Below, in pieces: positions 39,001 through 52,500 of a DNA stretch of 64,000 nucleotides. The position numbers were made by a program, and so were the translations under genes. The notes below the pieces were generated by a model. It had not been told where the DNA came from. It saw nothing but the letters and a program-made list of their open reading frames with translations, and did no database searches. Each line of letters begins with the position of its first letter. The stretch's first letter is position 1. Origin of the DNA: Hormiphora californensis (lineage: Eukaryota; Animalia; Ctenophora); contig CM035361.1 in assembly GCA_020137815.1 (NCBI GenBank), positions 2,914,001 through 2,978,000 of the forward strand, given 5' to 3'.

Positions 39001-41052
39001 TTTGCTCCATAGAGTGGAAGGGTTTCGATCAAATAATTCGGGGCACCATTTTTCAAACCCGATCAATTACTTTAATTGAGACTAATAGGGGTGGCTAATG
39101 TTACCCCACCATTTTTTGAATTTTGGGGTAACTTTGGACGGGGTGCCAAAGTTACCCCACACTACAGGTTTTGAACTTTTGATGTCTGTAGAGTTGCCTT
39201 AGACCCTCTCTGAATTGTTTAGGGTCATATAACTAAGATTTAGCACACTCCACGCCCATTTCCATCCATCTATTCGATAGGTTAGTGAAAAAAACTAGGA
39301 TTTGGACTATTTTATGGAGCTAAATCACTGAAATCCGGCCTGAAACCCATCAAACTTCAATAATTTGGGGTTCCTCATCCATCCTGTAGCTTGTTAGATG
39401 GTATTGGATCTCTAGGCGAGTGTTCTAGTTCTTGTAGACAATCTATGCAGGAGCACAGGTAACAAAACTCCTTTATTTAGCCAGTACCCATAAGTAGACC
39501 ACTTCTTGTCTACCCAATTCAGCAAAAAAGAACTAATACACTCGCCTTGAGGGCCAATACCATCTACCAAACTACAGGGTGGATAAGGGACCCCAAATTA
39601 TTGAAGTTTGATGGGTTTCAGACCGGATGTGGCAACCTCTAAATCAAGTCCGATTGAGCTGAAATTTTATTTGGTGGCTAGTTTCATCATTCCTCACACC
39701 CAAAAAAAGTTGAGTCGACATCAACAAATTTTTTTTAAATCATGGGACGTTTGGCTAACCCTATTGTTCTTTTTTAATTTATTGACCCATTTAAACCCCA
39801 TTTAAACATTTTAGGTTCATTTATTTATCATTGCAAAATGTTCGGATTTATGTTTGTTCCAATATTACTATCGTGGGGTAACTTTGGACGGGTGTCCAAA
39901 GTTACCCCACCCTCATTCCAAAGTTACCCCATGCCCTAAAACCCCACTTACACTAAAATACACGTTAATTAATGTAATTAAATGAGAGGGGACCAAAAAT
40001 TTCACTAGTTATATCTGGTGTACTAGGTCTGGAACGGGATTATATGGTTCAAAAATTTTCGAGTGTGGTTCTGGCAAGGAGTTATTTTAGGAGAATGCTA
40101 AAAAGTGGTACAAAGTTACCCCAACTTACGGTATACCGTTTTGCAAAATTTTATAGTAAGATTGCCAATGCTTTGATCGGTGCTCCCCATAAATTTTGAG
40201 AGAAAAAGTTATTTTGAAATTTTGATACTTCCTCACCTGCTTAGGGTGCCCCAATTCGGCATGGTATCACGTATCGGTTCGTTTCGAACCCGCTAATTAG
40301 ACAGGATATCCAGTAAGCTGCACCGATTCGAAACACAAATCGGACGGGCCGGTATAACTTAGAAAATTTTTCACAATTTTTTGAAAAAATTATTTTATAG
40401 TTTTCTATTTCTAATCAGAAATGATCATGTCAACTATACATGAACATTGCATATAACAGTTAGAGGTGCCTTTAGTTTTAGTATAGCATTTTGGGCATAA
40501 AATAGGTTTTTATGGGCCAAATATGGCTCACCTCGATTTAGTGGCACCCCGATTTAGTGGCAGGATTTTTTCCCCCTGAGGATGCCACTAAATCGGGGTC
40601 CGACTGTATATATATATTTATATATTTAATTTACTAATCTACCTCTCGTCTCTTGTAGTTAGCAGATCTGCGAACCCTCTCAAACAGATTTACTTACTTG
40701 CTTCCGGCTTCTCCCTTGCGAACCAATTACTAACCCCCCCCCTTGCAGGAGCGGACCAGGCTTCAATTACTAACTAACTCCCCCCCTTGCAGGAGCGGAC
40801 CAGGCTCCAAGCAATTACTAACTAACCCCCCCCCCCTTGCAGGAGTGAACTAGAACCAATTACTAACTAACTCCCCCCCTCTTTCAGGAGCGGACCAGGC
40901 TTCAAGCGGAGGAATTCTATCTGGACGAGGAATTATTGAAAACCTACAACCCCAAAGTAGCCCCCAAGTTCACTCCCAATGCATTGGATATGATAGAAGA
41001 GGAGGGAGAGTCAGACTGTCAGAGTATCTCAGTAGTTGGGACACCCATTTAG
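33084..41052 (+). CDS. Single-pass membrane protein: signal, 3 laminin-G-like domains, EGF-like linker, TM, cytoplasmic tail (neurexin/Crumbs-like)
   Basis: In-phase exons 33084-33274, 33409-34242, 34398-34477, 35077-35186, 35580-35705, 35895-36011, 37264-37359, ~37489-37609, 38154-38280, 40888-41052. LamG motifs FTFETPLSYGLLF, LNNGELHTV, FQVDG, IIGG...FTGCLTELKING; TM LLIAIIVGLIVIFVTLIFLGYYLW. Confidence 0.85.
35212..35320. mobile_element. MITE family A copy (intronic)
   Basis: Full 109 bp, both TIRs. Confidence 0.9.
36055..36833. mobile_element. TA-flanked MITE with internal gttcgaattgccccgg repeats
   Basis: TA|gggtaaaccggggcaa ... ttgccccggtttaccc|TA. Confidence 0.8.
37089..37244. mobile_element. 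pogo/Tigger-type MITE
   Basis: TA|cagtcggaccccgattta ... taaatcggggtccgactg|TA. Confidence 0.85.
38358..40606. mobile_element. pogo/Tigger-type non-autonomous element hosting a nested element
   Basis: TA|cagtcggaccccgatttagtggc ... gccactaaatcggggtccgactg|TA. Confidence 0.85.
38723..40131. mobile_element. Nested TA-flanked TIR element
   Basis: TA|ccgtaatctggggtaactttg ... caaagttaccccaacttacgg|TA; inner inverted segment ~39336-39625. Confidence 0.75.
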
Positions 41053-41660
41053 TGGTTTTGGGAGGTTATTTAGTTATTTTGGGAGGTTATTTTGGGAATT
41101 GGGAGGTTATTTAGTTATTTTGGGAGGTTGGACCCCTCAATTTAGTAACTTAATTTTGGGAGGTTGGACCACTCAATTTAGTTATTTTGGGAGGTTGGAC
41201 CCCTCAATTTAGTAACTTTATTTTGGGAGGTTGGACCCTTCAATTTAGTAACTTTATTTTGGGAGGTTTGACCACCAATTTAGTATGTAACTTTATTTTG
41301 GGAGGTTTGACCACCATTTGGACCCTCATTTAGTATTTTGGGAGGTACTTATTTAGATATGTTTTATATGGGTAGACAAACTACATAATTAATGTGTTAT
41401 ATCTTACTTCTCTTACGTAGATAATTTGAAATTTCCCTACACCATACTTTTGTTCCTAAATATATGAAAGGTACACAATTTAGAGAAATACGGTTTGACA
41501 GTATTATATAGTGGGCTATTGGGATAGGGAATGGTTTTTGGACTAAATTATTTAGACTATGTCCTTTACCTTTTTTAAAAAGGGTTTTTTGATTTGTTTT
41601 AAGCCTTTTTAAAAGGGTTTTTTTTCACGCACACACCTGTAATCTTATTATGCGTATGTT

Positions 41661-41842
41661 ACAGTAAATTAAGTCCAAAAACCAATTAAATAAATTAGTT
41701 TGGATGCCCGGGCCCATGTGGTGTCACGGGGGTAACACCTTTAGGCTACTGCCATAATTAACGGCATATCTCGTTAATTGTTAATTGTTATCCTTCAATC
41801 TGTCTATCTCTATCTATCTCTCTCAGTCTCTCTCTCGCACAC

Positions 41843-41918
<76 letters not shown>

Positions 41919-42140
41919 ACTGTTTCTTTCACTATACCTCTCTTTTTTTCTCTCTCCTCTTATTTATCTCTTCGTCTTTCTTGATTATATCGCACTCTTT
42001 CTATCCTAATTTCCTTTGTCTTTATCTCTCCCGATATCCATCATTTATGACAGTAGCCTAAAGGTGTTACCCCCGTGACACCACATGGGCCCGGGCATCC
42101 AAACTAATTTATTTAATTGGTTTTTGGACTTAATTTCTGT
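41661..42140. mobile_element. MITE with ~95-bp TIRs and a (CT)n core
   Basis: aaattaagtccaaaaaccaattaaataaattagtttggatgcccgggcccatgtgg... mirrored at 42045-42136. Confidence 0.85.
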
Positions 42141-42199
42141 TCTTTTTGGTGTAAAATAGAAAAAAGCTATTTTTTCTGGTTTCTACATATTTTCGAATT

Positions 42200-43398
42200 T
42201 GAATAATTCATAAATATACGAATAACGACTAAACGGTGAGAGATACGACTTTTTGTTAGGGGGACGACCCCCCATAAATCGACTATTTTGCGCCGGAATA
42301 TGTCCATGAAAACGTTCTAGGACCAGCCGAAGTGGACATATTAAGAATATGCATTAAATCATGAATCGGTGCATAAATATGCAAATAACGGCTTAACGGT
42401 GCGAGATAGAGATTTTTGTCCCGAGTAAGACCCCCCATAAATCGATTATTTTGCGTCGAAATATGTCCATGAAAACGTTCTAAGACCAGCCGAACTGGAA
42501 ATATTTAGAATATGCATAAAATCATGAATCGGTGCATAAATATGCAAATAACGGCTAAAAGGTGCGAGATACGACTTTTTGTCCGGGGGACGACCCCCCA
42601 TAAATCGACTATTTTACGTCGAAATATGTCCATGAAAACGTTCTAGGACCAGCTGAAGTGAAAATATTGAAAATATGCATAAAATCGTGAATAGGTGCAT
42701 AAATATGCAAATAACGGCTTAACGGTGCGAGATAGAGATTTTTGTCCCGAGTAAGACCCCCCATAAATCGACCGTTCCGCGTCGTCTAATACCGGTTTCA
42801 AGTCTTTATGACCTTCGAGTCGTGTCATATCGCAACCATGGTTAAAATGAATATTTAATGACTAATTAATGAATAATTAATGAACTATGGCGATTTCGAA
42901 GTTCTCACACAGCTATTACCGAGCGCAATGATGTAAGGAACCACTGTTCCAAACGGCAAGTCTCTACTATTTGTGGTTTAGGAGAACACTCAAAGATAAA
43001 AAAGCGTCCTCCCCCCCCTCCCCCTCCCCCTCCCCCTCCCCTCCTTTACATTTTTGCATTTTGGGACCCCTCTGGCAAATTTTTACCTTACATCCGATCG
43101 TTCTGAAAATTTGCATGCCTCTTCTCCTATATGAGGGCACTCAGAGTACAAAATTTCAGCTCTCTACTTCATCTGGAACATGCTTTTTTAAAGCATCAAA
43201 AACCCCGAAATCTGCAATGGTATATAGTAGCACTGGCAGGTTTTCACGCGCTTGTGTGTAGAAGTGTTGCGTGTGCTCTCTCTTTTGTTTTTTGAGTTAG
43301 AGGGTATTTCTAAGGTGGGGGCTCTGCCCCCACACCCCCGTTTATGGTGGGGGCTGTGCCCCCACACCCCCCTTTTGGGCCCGGGGCACTTGCCAGTG
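42200..43398. mobile_element. Helentron/DINE-1-like element with ~120-bp tandem units
   Basis: Reverse-complement similarity to 8918-9770; terminal GC hairpins. Confidence 0.55.
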
Positions 43399-44484
43399 CT
43401 ATGATAAATATTACATCATCAAGAAAATTGTTTTGTTCTCTTTTTTTCAAGAAAATATTTTTGTGAGTATTATTTGTTTTAGAAAAAGTGCAGTGAGATG
43501 TAACAACAGGAACTGTGCCAATTATATATCTGTAAGGTTTTTGAAATCTGGAAAAGTGTACAATTGCACTCTTTGAGATTAGGATCGACCGAAAAAGTGA
43601 TCTGTAATTCTCACTAATTATTATATATTTGTCACCCCTTTATTTTACCCCCTTTTTGATGACCACGAACCAAAATTGTATTAATTTGCTGGATTATAAA
43701 AGTAAAGAACTCAACTCAAAAGTTGAGTCACTTTTAGTTGTCTCATGACTCAACCGTTCTTGTCACGTCTCCCCTTCAAACAGGTCACACACACACACAC
43801 GCTTGAAATCTATGAACTCTTAAAGTGTGCCCGTCGCGCGCGAAAACCTCACTGTGAAAAAAGCACACTTGTTTTCGCGCGATCATTGAATATACAAAAA
43901 GGGGCTGGGATAAATGAAATACAAAGGTGACAGGGGCCTGTCGTCACCGACCTAATCTGTCAATGATAGTGTCATGATGATATATACCATCTGGACCTGG
44001 ATTATTTGGTCCAGTGTGTGTATGTGAATTGAAACTGGATGTCTAAGACATTGGCTTTATTCGCATTGTGAATCACAATCCGAACCTGTCTGGCTGTGCC
44101 GACCCCGTTTTAATTCAGTGCGCTCTGATTGGGTCGGCGCCGCCAGAAAGTGCCACACGGCCAAAGGATGCCAATCCACCCTCCAGATTTTCATTGGACC
44201 CTCCTTCACGAAACAACTCGATGGGATCGAACAAGGGTTTATCTCTCTACCAATAAACTACCAAACAAAGTAAAAACAAACTATTTTATTGGACAAGGAG
44301 CAGTTAAAATTAACAAGGGGTAGAAATAATAAATAAAAAGTGAGATATTAATACATATTTCGGGTTAAAATAATTTCCATGTTTACTTTAAAAATGTCCT
44401 TTTTGGCTGACTCTATATCAACGAATATTATTGACTCTCATATCTATTATTGGCGCTCGGAGCAGGCCCAAACCAAAAGTCTAT

Positions 44485-47400
44485 TTAATTCCATGTCACA
44501 AATCCTTTGTCCGCACTGGAGAGGCCATCCCTTAGAGTTTTGTAGAGGGCGGAGTAGGGTGGTTTAGTGTCGTAGGAGAGTCCAAAACTTTGGTCCAGGA
44601 AGTTCAGCAACGCTGTGGAAGGTTAATTTTAGTTATTGGGGTTACACTTCTACGCGTACAACCTTGTTTTAGCAACAACCTTGCTTTAGCTAGCAACAAG
44701 GGAGTGAACGAAGGGTTAGTATAAAGAAAGGATGCAACATGTATATTTTTACCTTTCTCAGGTTTTGAGGTGAGAGAAGTTCCGATAGCCGTCTTCATTA
44801 ACTTTTTACAATCTTTCTCATACCTGAAATATAACACAAAATAGTCTTTGCACGAGAGGATAACTTTTCTGTTTCGGCTTTTCTTTAGTTAAATCAATAT
44901 GTAGTCATTCACTGATTTGTNNNNNNNNNNNNNNNNNNNNNNNNNNNNNNNNNNNNNNNNNNNNNNNNNNNNNNNNNNNNNNNNNNNNNNNNNNNNNNNN
45001 NNNNNNNNNNNNNNNNNNNNGAAGGTAGTATGATTTGATGAGTTCCGGAGTGCAAACAGAAGGCCGTACGAGAGAGGAGTTTCAAATGTAAACGAGAGCT
45101 GGAACTCGGGTGTGATGAGATCGGTTAGAAGGAGGTAAGCGTGTCCGCCCGTGAAAGATGCAACAATGGAGTGTGTAGGTTGAATCAAGAGTAAGATGAG
45201 ACACCACATAACAACATTGCCGCGTGTAACTTTTAACGGTAACCCTACATATATAACAGATGTTATCATAAAATAATCAATCATACAAAAAAATTAACAG
45301 AGTTTTATGTAATAATGTCCTGGATATTGGAAAACTTGTCCCAGGGGCGGCTCTGGCCGGGTGGCCAGGTGGCCATGGCCACCCTGGACGAATTTAAGGG
45401 CACGGGGGAACATTTTATTTAAAGAAAATAAAAGAAATTCCATTCACAAAACTAGGAACTTTGAAACCAAAATCTTTGTTTTTGACCTGCGTCACATGTT
45501 TTTACAGACCTCGCGCGTTACATACAGGGTGCTGGGTGGCCAGGACACCCTCCTTCAGCTATCTTGTGTGTAAACCATGTGAAATAGCGCGCAGCTCTGG
45601 TAAGTATTTTACACGCATTTTCAGAGGCCAGGGTGGCCAGGACACCCTAGATTTCAATTCAACATAACTTCGCCAAAACTTAATATTTTTCGATGCGGTT
45701 TTTTCCTGCTTTCTTATTTATCAATTCTTCACACATTAAACACAGAAAAAACTCGATCAGCTTGATGGAACAGTTTGATAATTGCGTTTTAGGGTCTAAA
45801 ACTGTCTCAAATTGACAAAATTACCCTCAAAAGCCCCAAATTTCCCCCCATACCCCCCATACCCCCCATACCCCCTGACCGAGGCTGCCGCCCCTGGCCC
45901 CGGACACCCTGGACGACTCGCGACCGAAGGTCGCGAGCCGCCCCTGACTTGTCCTGGAGAGAGAGAGAGAGGGTTTCTGCAGGGTCAATCAGTTTTTACA
46001 TATCTTTAAGCGGTTGTTACACCACTGTCTGACCAGAAACCGGAGAATATAAATTCAAAAATGTGCCAAATTAACAGTTGAGAAAAAGGGACTTTCGAGA
46101 AATTTTATTGCATCGTACTTTAATGGCAGCGAGCACCTGTTTAAGTTTAAGTTTAAGTTTACGCACAATTTATCACAAAGTCACACAATTAATATATAAC
46201 TTCGTCCCGCTCTTACACCATACACTAATAAAGTGATACAAGGCTGAGAGGTGAAAATATACAGTTCACATCAGCGGTTTCCTAAAGCGGTTTAAACAAT
46301 ACTTAGAGACAGTGATACACATCCTAGTAGCATTAGATGCACAAAATACGAGGAACAAGGGGTTATAGAAAACAAGGTAACGAACTAACAAAACAAGCAG
46401 ACAAACATAAAAACAGATTAAACAGAATACACAAAGTCACAGACGCAAAACACAACATCAGCAGTCAATACAAAACGGTTAATACAAAAACATACTAACA
46501 CACGTACAAACACATTCACAGACAAACAGACAATCACAAACACATACACACAGATTCGGTAATAAATAAATAATAAATTAGCTGTCCTTCAAACACACAC
46601 TCACTGAAGAGTCCTTGACAAGTTTTTTATCGAGAAAAACGTATTGAGAAAAACGGTATCCTTGACAAGTTTTTTATCGAGAAAAACGTATTGAGAAAAA
46701 CGGTATCCTTGACAAGTTTTTTATCGAGAAAAACGTATTGAGAAAAACAGGTTACAGGTCTTTAAACAGATGGTAACGGCGCCCGTGTAAAGAGTCAAGT
46801 TCATTGAACGTCTGACAACTCTTCAGTTTTGTTAAACAAGAATTATTTGCATTATGTATCCATAATGCTACGTTTCCCTGCCCTCTTCGATTTGCCATTC
46901 AACTCGCCCAACGAGTCCGCAAAATGAGGCCCCTCGGAAATGTTCAAGTCATGCACAATCAAGTCACGCCCACCAATCACAGCTCAGAACGTGCGGAGTG
47001 CTTCGCGCGTTCTGAGCTGTGATTGGTGGGCGTGACTTGATTGTGCATGACTTGAACATTTCCGAGGGGCCTCCTGGGGATTTGTGCTTTTCGAATTTTT
47101 GAAAAAAACGCAGAACAGATTTTTCAATCTCTCCATTTTCAATTTCCCCAATCAAAACGCGCGGCCGATATAAAACAAATTTTGCCGCGCGTTACAGTTT
47201 ATAGCTGCGCGCGCGCATTTTACTCCGCAAGTGTCAGATCGCGCGCACCGCGAGGTTGCCCGTCGCAACGAAAGTGTGACCAAAATGGTCCCTCTACCGA
47301 TTAGTTAAAGTCCATTTTTATTCAACTGTTCACCCCTCAACTCATGCGCGTGCGATATTTTAATTAACGCTGTGCGCGCTACACGTTAACATGTGATAAA

Positions 47401-49414
47401 CGCGCAAAACAATTCCGCGCACGACTTTGGGGGGTGAACAGTTGAAAAAAAATGGAGTATAGTATACCAAAATGTCGTTTTCGAATTCTAACCCTGCTAA
47501 AGTCGGATTTTTTGAAGTTGTCACCCCAAAATGGCTGCGCGTGTGAAATTTATCAATTTTGACGCGCACACCACACGTTAACATGTGATGTGACGCGCAA
47601 AAACATTCCGCGCACGAGGAGGGGGGGTGACAACTTCAAAAAATCTGACTTTATGCCTCTTTACAAAGTAAAAAGGCATCCGGGTGAATGCCTTCGGCAT
47701 TCACCCGGGCAGGGAGAAAATTTTAAAAATTCAAAGTGAAGAAGTGAAAAGTGAAGAAGTGAAAAGTGAAGAAGTGAAAAGAAAGGGCGACGTTAAAATC
47801 TGGGTGCCTTGTCACGCGCAAAACCAGAATTTACGCCGCGCGACCGCGCGCGCCGTTTTTTCGATTTAAGAAAATCACAGCTCAAAAGATTTTGACTTTT
47901 TAAAACTTTTTTTTCCAAAAGTTCACAAAGTGAGAAAACTCGAATCTCAAAATTCAAAGTGAGAAAAGAAAGTAAAAAGTGAAAAAAACCTGTCGAAATG
48001 CCGACAAAAGGCCTTCAGAGTTACAATCAAGTACGATAACGATGGTTGCTGATGGGTTAAAAAGAAATGTGGTTTGAATGTGATTCAAATGTATCTTCAA
48101 ATGAATTAATTTGAGAGCTTTATATATATTCAAACTCCGATATCTTGAGTTCTTAATCAGATAAAGAGTTCAACTTAAATGCATTGGAAATTACTAAGAA
48201 CTCTCTTTTGAAAACACTCGTTACAAGTCCTCTCATTTTGCCAGGAATCTCTCTCTCTCTCTCAGTCTCTCCTCTCTGCTCTCAACCAAGCTCTCCTATC
48301 TAGTCTCTCTCTGGTGAATGTCCTCTCTCAATCAAGTGCTCGGAGAAACGGTAATCCGTCTCGGATCTTGCATCTGCGCTCTCTCTTCTCTCTCTTCATC
48401 TTCATCCCCTCTCGTTCTCTCTCTCTCTGCTCTCTCTCTCTCCGTCTTTTCTCTTCGTCTCTCTCCTCTCTTCTCTTCTCTCTCCATATTCTATGCCTCT
48501 CTTCAGTCTTCTCTCTTCTACTCTCTCTGCATCTCTCTCTCGAGACTCGTATCGGCAACGATCATCTCCTGTCTGTCTCGGTCATCTCTCTCTCTCTTCT
48601 CTCTCTCTCTCTCTCTCTCTCGCTCTCTCTTTCTCTCTCATCTCTCTCGTCTCCTCTCCTCCTCCCCTCTACTCTCTCTCGAGTCTCTCTCTCGATCTCC
48701 GGTCGTCTTTCTCTCTCGTCTCGTCTCCTCTGCGCGCTCTCTCTCTCGATCTCACCATCATCTGTCCCTCTCATCTGCCAATCTCTCCTCTCTCATCACT
48801 CATCTCCTCGTTCTCATCTCTCAATCTCTTCTCTATATAGATGAAATAGATAAGTATATATATATAGTTATATGTATATATATTATATATATTAAATATA
48901 TATAGATATATATATATAGTATATAGTATATAACTTCTTCTTCTCTATCATTCTCTCTCGATCTCTATTATGTATTTGAGAAAAGAGGAGTAGAGAAAAT
49001 CAAGAAAAGAGTATGAGAAATTTTGATTGAAAAAAGAGAGAAATTAGTGGAGAAAATAGAGAAGATTTGTTTGAAAAAGGGAGAAATCAAAACGAGTTAA
49101 AAGTAAGGGAATCAAAAGTCAAATGAAAATAAACCTTCATGGGACTCGAACTCGGGACCTCATGGTTTCTACGTTTAGCGGTTCTACGTGATGGGCCAGA
49201 TCCGCATTGAAATAGTCGCAATCTAACTTTATATATAACGTGTTTTTTGTTGAACCTGGTATTAGAGAAAGATAGGGAGAAACAAGATGGATGGAGGAGA
49301 GAGAGGGAATAGGGTAGTAAGAGGGAGTAGAGAGTAGAGTAGAGGGAGAGAGAGAGAGAGAGAGGAGAGTAGAGAGTAGAGAGGGGGGTAGAGAGAGTAG
49401 AGTAGAACTGAGAG

Positions 49415-49454
<40 letters not shown>

Positions 49455-49471
49455 GGAGAGAGAGAGAGAGA

Positions 49472-49510
<39 letters not shown>

Positions 49511-52500
49511 CGTGTGTGTGTGTCATGTGTGTGTGTGCAAGAGTAGAAAGATAGCAGGGAAAATGGGAGTGGTACACACGCAACGACTTGACGTAGCGCG
49601 CGGACGCCATCTTGTGGACCCAGGAGATCTGGAGCGCTAGTCCAGGAGTGCGCGCGGAAAGGCTTCGCGCGAGAAGGCACCCAGATTTTAACGCTGCCCG
49701 AAAAGAAACAATTTTCTGTTGGAGTCGCGCGCACAGCCGGTCTATATGAATACACTGCCGCGCGCGGAAGAAAGTAAGAACGCGCGAAAAAAATACGAAA
49801 TGCTTTGCGCGGCCGCGCGCGGGACAATTCCAATGTCCAAAATGAAATTTAAAAAGCTCAGGATTTTTTCTCGGGGTCTTCACTTAAGCGCGGTCATGTG
49901 CTCATTTGAGAGATCTCAATGTCCACTTTCCAATGAGCTGAGCCAAAGATTTTGCAGATTGGTCGAGAAATGCAAATGGCTGAGTTAAGGCTATGCGCAA
50001 AACCGCGCGAAATTCTCACAGATCTGGTTATCATTTACCAACTACTAGGCAAAACGGGGCCCAGCTCAGGGGCCGGGCGAGCACGGCCTAGGGCCTGCAA
50101 GCCCCGATGGTGGTCGAGGGGGCGAATGAAATTTTTTTTAAACTCTGCCGCGCCGCAGCCCGGCATCTGAGACCCTCGGGGTCTTTAGACTTCACTGGAG
50201 ACTTCACTGGAGACTTCACTGGAGACTACCCAGTCTCCTTATGTCCCCGTTTGATTTTTGAACCATTTTAGAAATTGCGAAAGGAATTTAAATATTATGT
50301 GTCTGCCAGCAATTAAATTTCGAACAAACTTTGTCTTGCGGGGTCACTGGATATGTGCCCCCTATGATAGTTAATAGTATGTTATAGATTCAGGGTTTTA
50401 GTTATCACTTGGAGTGATGTGATATATATAAAAACCCTGGTTGTATTTATGTGAATGGGCAAATTACCATGGCTCATATTAAGGTAGGGGATAGCACGCC
50501 CCATAATTGTAACAGTATGTTCGGACATGCTCCGAGTTTGGTTAGGGTCACCACACACCAAAGTTAAAATTAAAATTAAAATTTGACGTTTTTGGTCATA
50601 ACTCTGCCATTTCTTGGCAAAATTGCTTCATTTTGGGCTTGTTGGAAAGAGGGCATCGAGCCCGTTCTGAACATCTCAAGAAACTTGAAATCCGCACAAA
50701 GTGCGCGGCATTAAGGCGCATAATGCGCGTGTTAAAATTTTAAAATTTTAACGCGCACATTTTGCTCTGTAACGCCGCACACTTTGCGCGGATTTCAAGT
50801 TTCTTGAGATGTTCAGAACGGGCTCGATGCCCTCTTTCCAACAAGCCCAAAATGAAGCAATTTTTGCCAAGAAATGGCAGAGTTATGACCAAAACTCTCT
50901 CTCCTCTTCGCCCTCTCTCTCTCCCTCTTCTTCCTCTTCATTGTCGCTCTCCTCCTTTCCTTCCTCTACCATGTTTGTATCGTGATTTGTCTTTTCTCTT
51001 TCTGTCCTTCTTTTCCTCCTCTGACCCCAATTATCGGACAGATAAGATCACATGGTAGTTACTATCCTGTGATAAGCAGCTCCATTTAGCGCCATGTACC
51101 ACTTATAAGTGTAGAGAGGGAACGGGAAGTTCAGCTCTGTTTTCCAACAGATACAGGGAGAGAGAGAGAGGGAGATAATAGTGCAGGTAGCGTCCAAAGG
51201 AGTGTCTTAGCTCTCTAAATTTTTTCTTTTTATAAGTTCCATCTCTTCATTGTCTAGCATCCTACGACACCGTTCAATCTTTAACGGACAGACATGGGTA
51301 GACACGTGCACCAGCTTGAACAGAGATAATAGGCCGTTATAATAGCTTAGCTGGGTAGGTCACGCATTTAGTGCTTCCAGTTTCAGTGAAAGTTAAAAGC
51401 TAATAAATCATTTCTATTTTAAAAGTTTTGGCCATGCTTTTTTAGATTTTGCTCTGTATAAATCGTATGTATGAAGAATTTTGTTACAGCTTTTGATCAC
51501 TTCAACCTTGATAAAACATTAAACTTTTCGTCCCAGATCTAGAGTTATGAGACTAATCATCTGGTATCTACTCTCTCTTGTTGTAAATCTGCACAAATGT
51601 GGCGCACAAGGTGAGTCATTTCGTAAAAGTATAATTAGATGGTCCTATACTCAAAGTGTACGACTGAGCTGCTCGTATCAGTGGGAGTAGACATGGTTGT
51701 GTGAGTAGTAAAGGACAAAGTTGAAGACAGCTGGATTCTTGGTAGATTGAAGATAAAGAAGTCGTAACACACGAGCAAACGTATAGATACTTGTAGAAAT
51801 ATATTCTGAGTCCTGACTCGAAAGCTAAAGTCACGGCTGGTAACTCTCTCTAGAATATCACACACACACTGAAACTTATAGGTTCACTGTATATTAGCTA
51901 AGTGTCTCTCTCTAGATTTCTCTTTGCGCTACAGTAACAGGTCACGTGACCTCGGATCCTTGGGGTGAGGCGATCTCCCACTCGACTGCTGTAATGAGGG
52001 TCCTTAGAGAAGATGACACCACAGAACTGTCTCGGCGACAGATTTACTACTCTAGGCTGCTAGAGGTCTTGGAATGCTGGACTAGAAGGGATTGTAGATA
52101 CTATCTCTGCGATAGATTTAGTTAACTACCCTAGAGCTGCTAGGGGTCTTGATTACGTAGAATTACCCCAGCCTGGATAGCAGCAGCTGGCTGGCTCACT
52201 CTCAATACCACAGAGATCAGAGAGAAAGGATTGTAGATACTATCTCTGCGATAGATTTAACTACCCTAGAGCTGCTAGGGGTCTTGTTCAAGTATGTATA
52301 AATCTGAATATTCTGAATATCGGTTAGGTGACAAACTAGTGTGAGTTTCAGACTCGCACAAAAGTGTATAATAACTGTCCCATCACTTCACATTTAAACA
52401 TGTGATTGTGAAAGACTCATTTTTTGTGTGTCTTCCTTTTTAATAACAGGAACTTAACTTCAAATTTAAGCTTAAACATCTACCTACTAACAGTAACTAC

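Larger units (their letters stand above)
45021..50336 (-). repeat. Inverted, diverged duplicate of ~31526-33272 including exon 1 of the LamG gene
   Basis: MWCLILLLIQPTHSIVASF... on the minus strand at 45209-45021; collinear matches to 32540-33272 and 31526-32230 with different indels. Confidence 0.88.
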
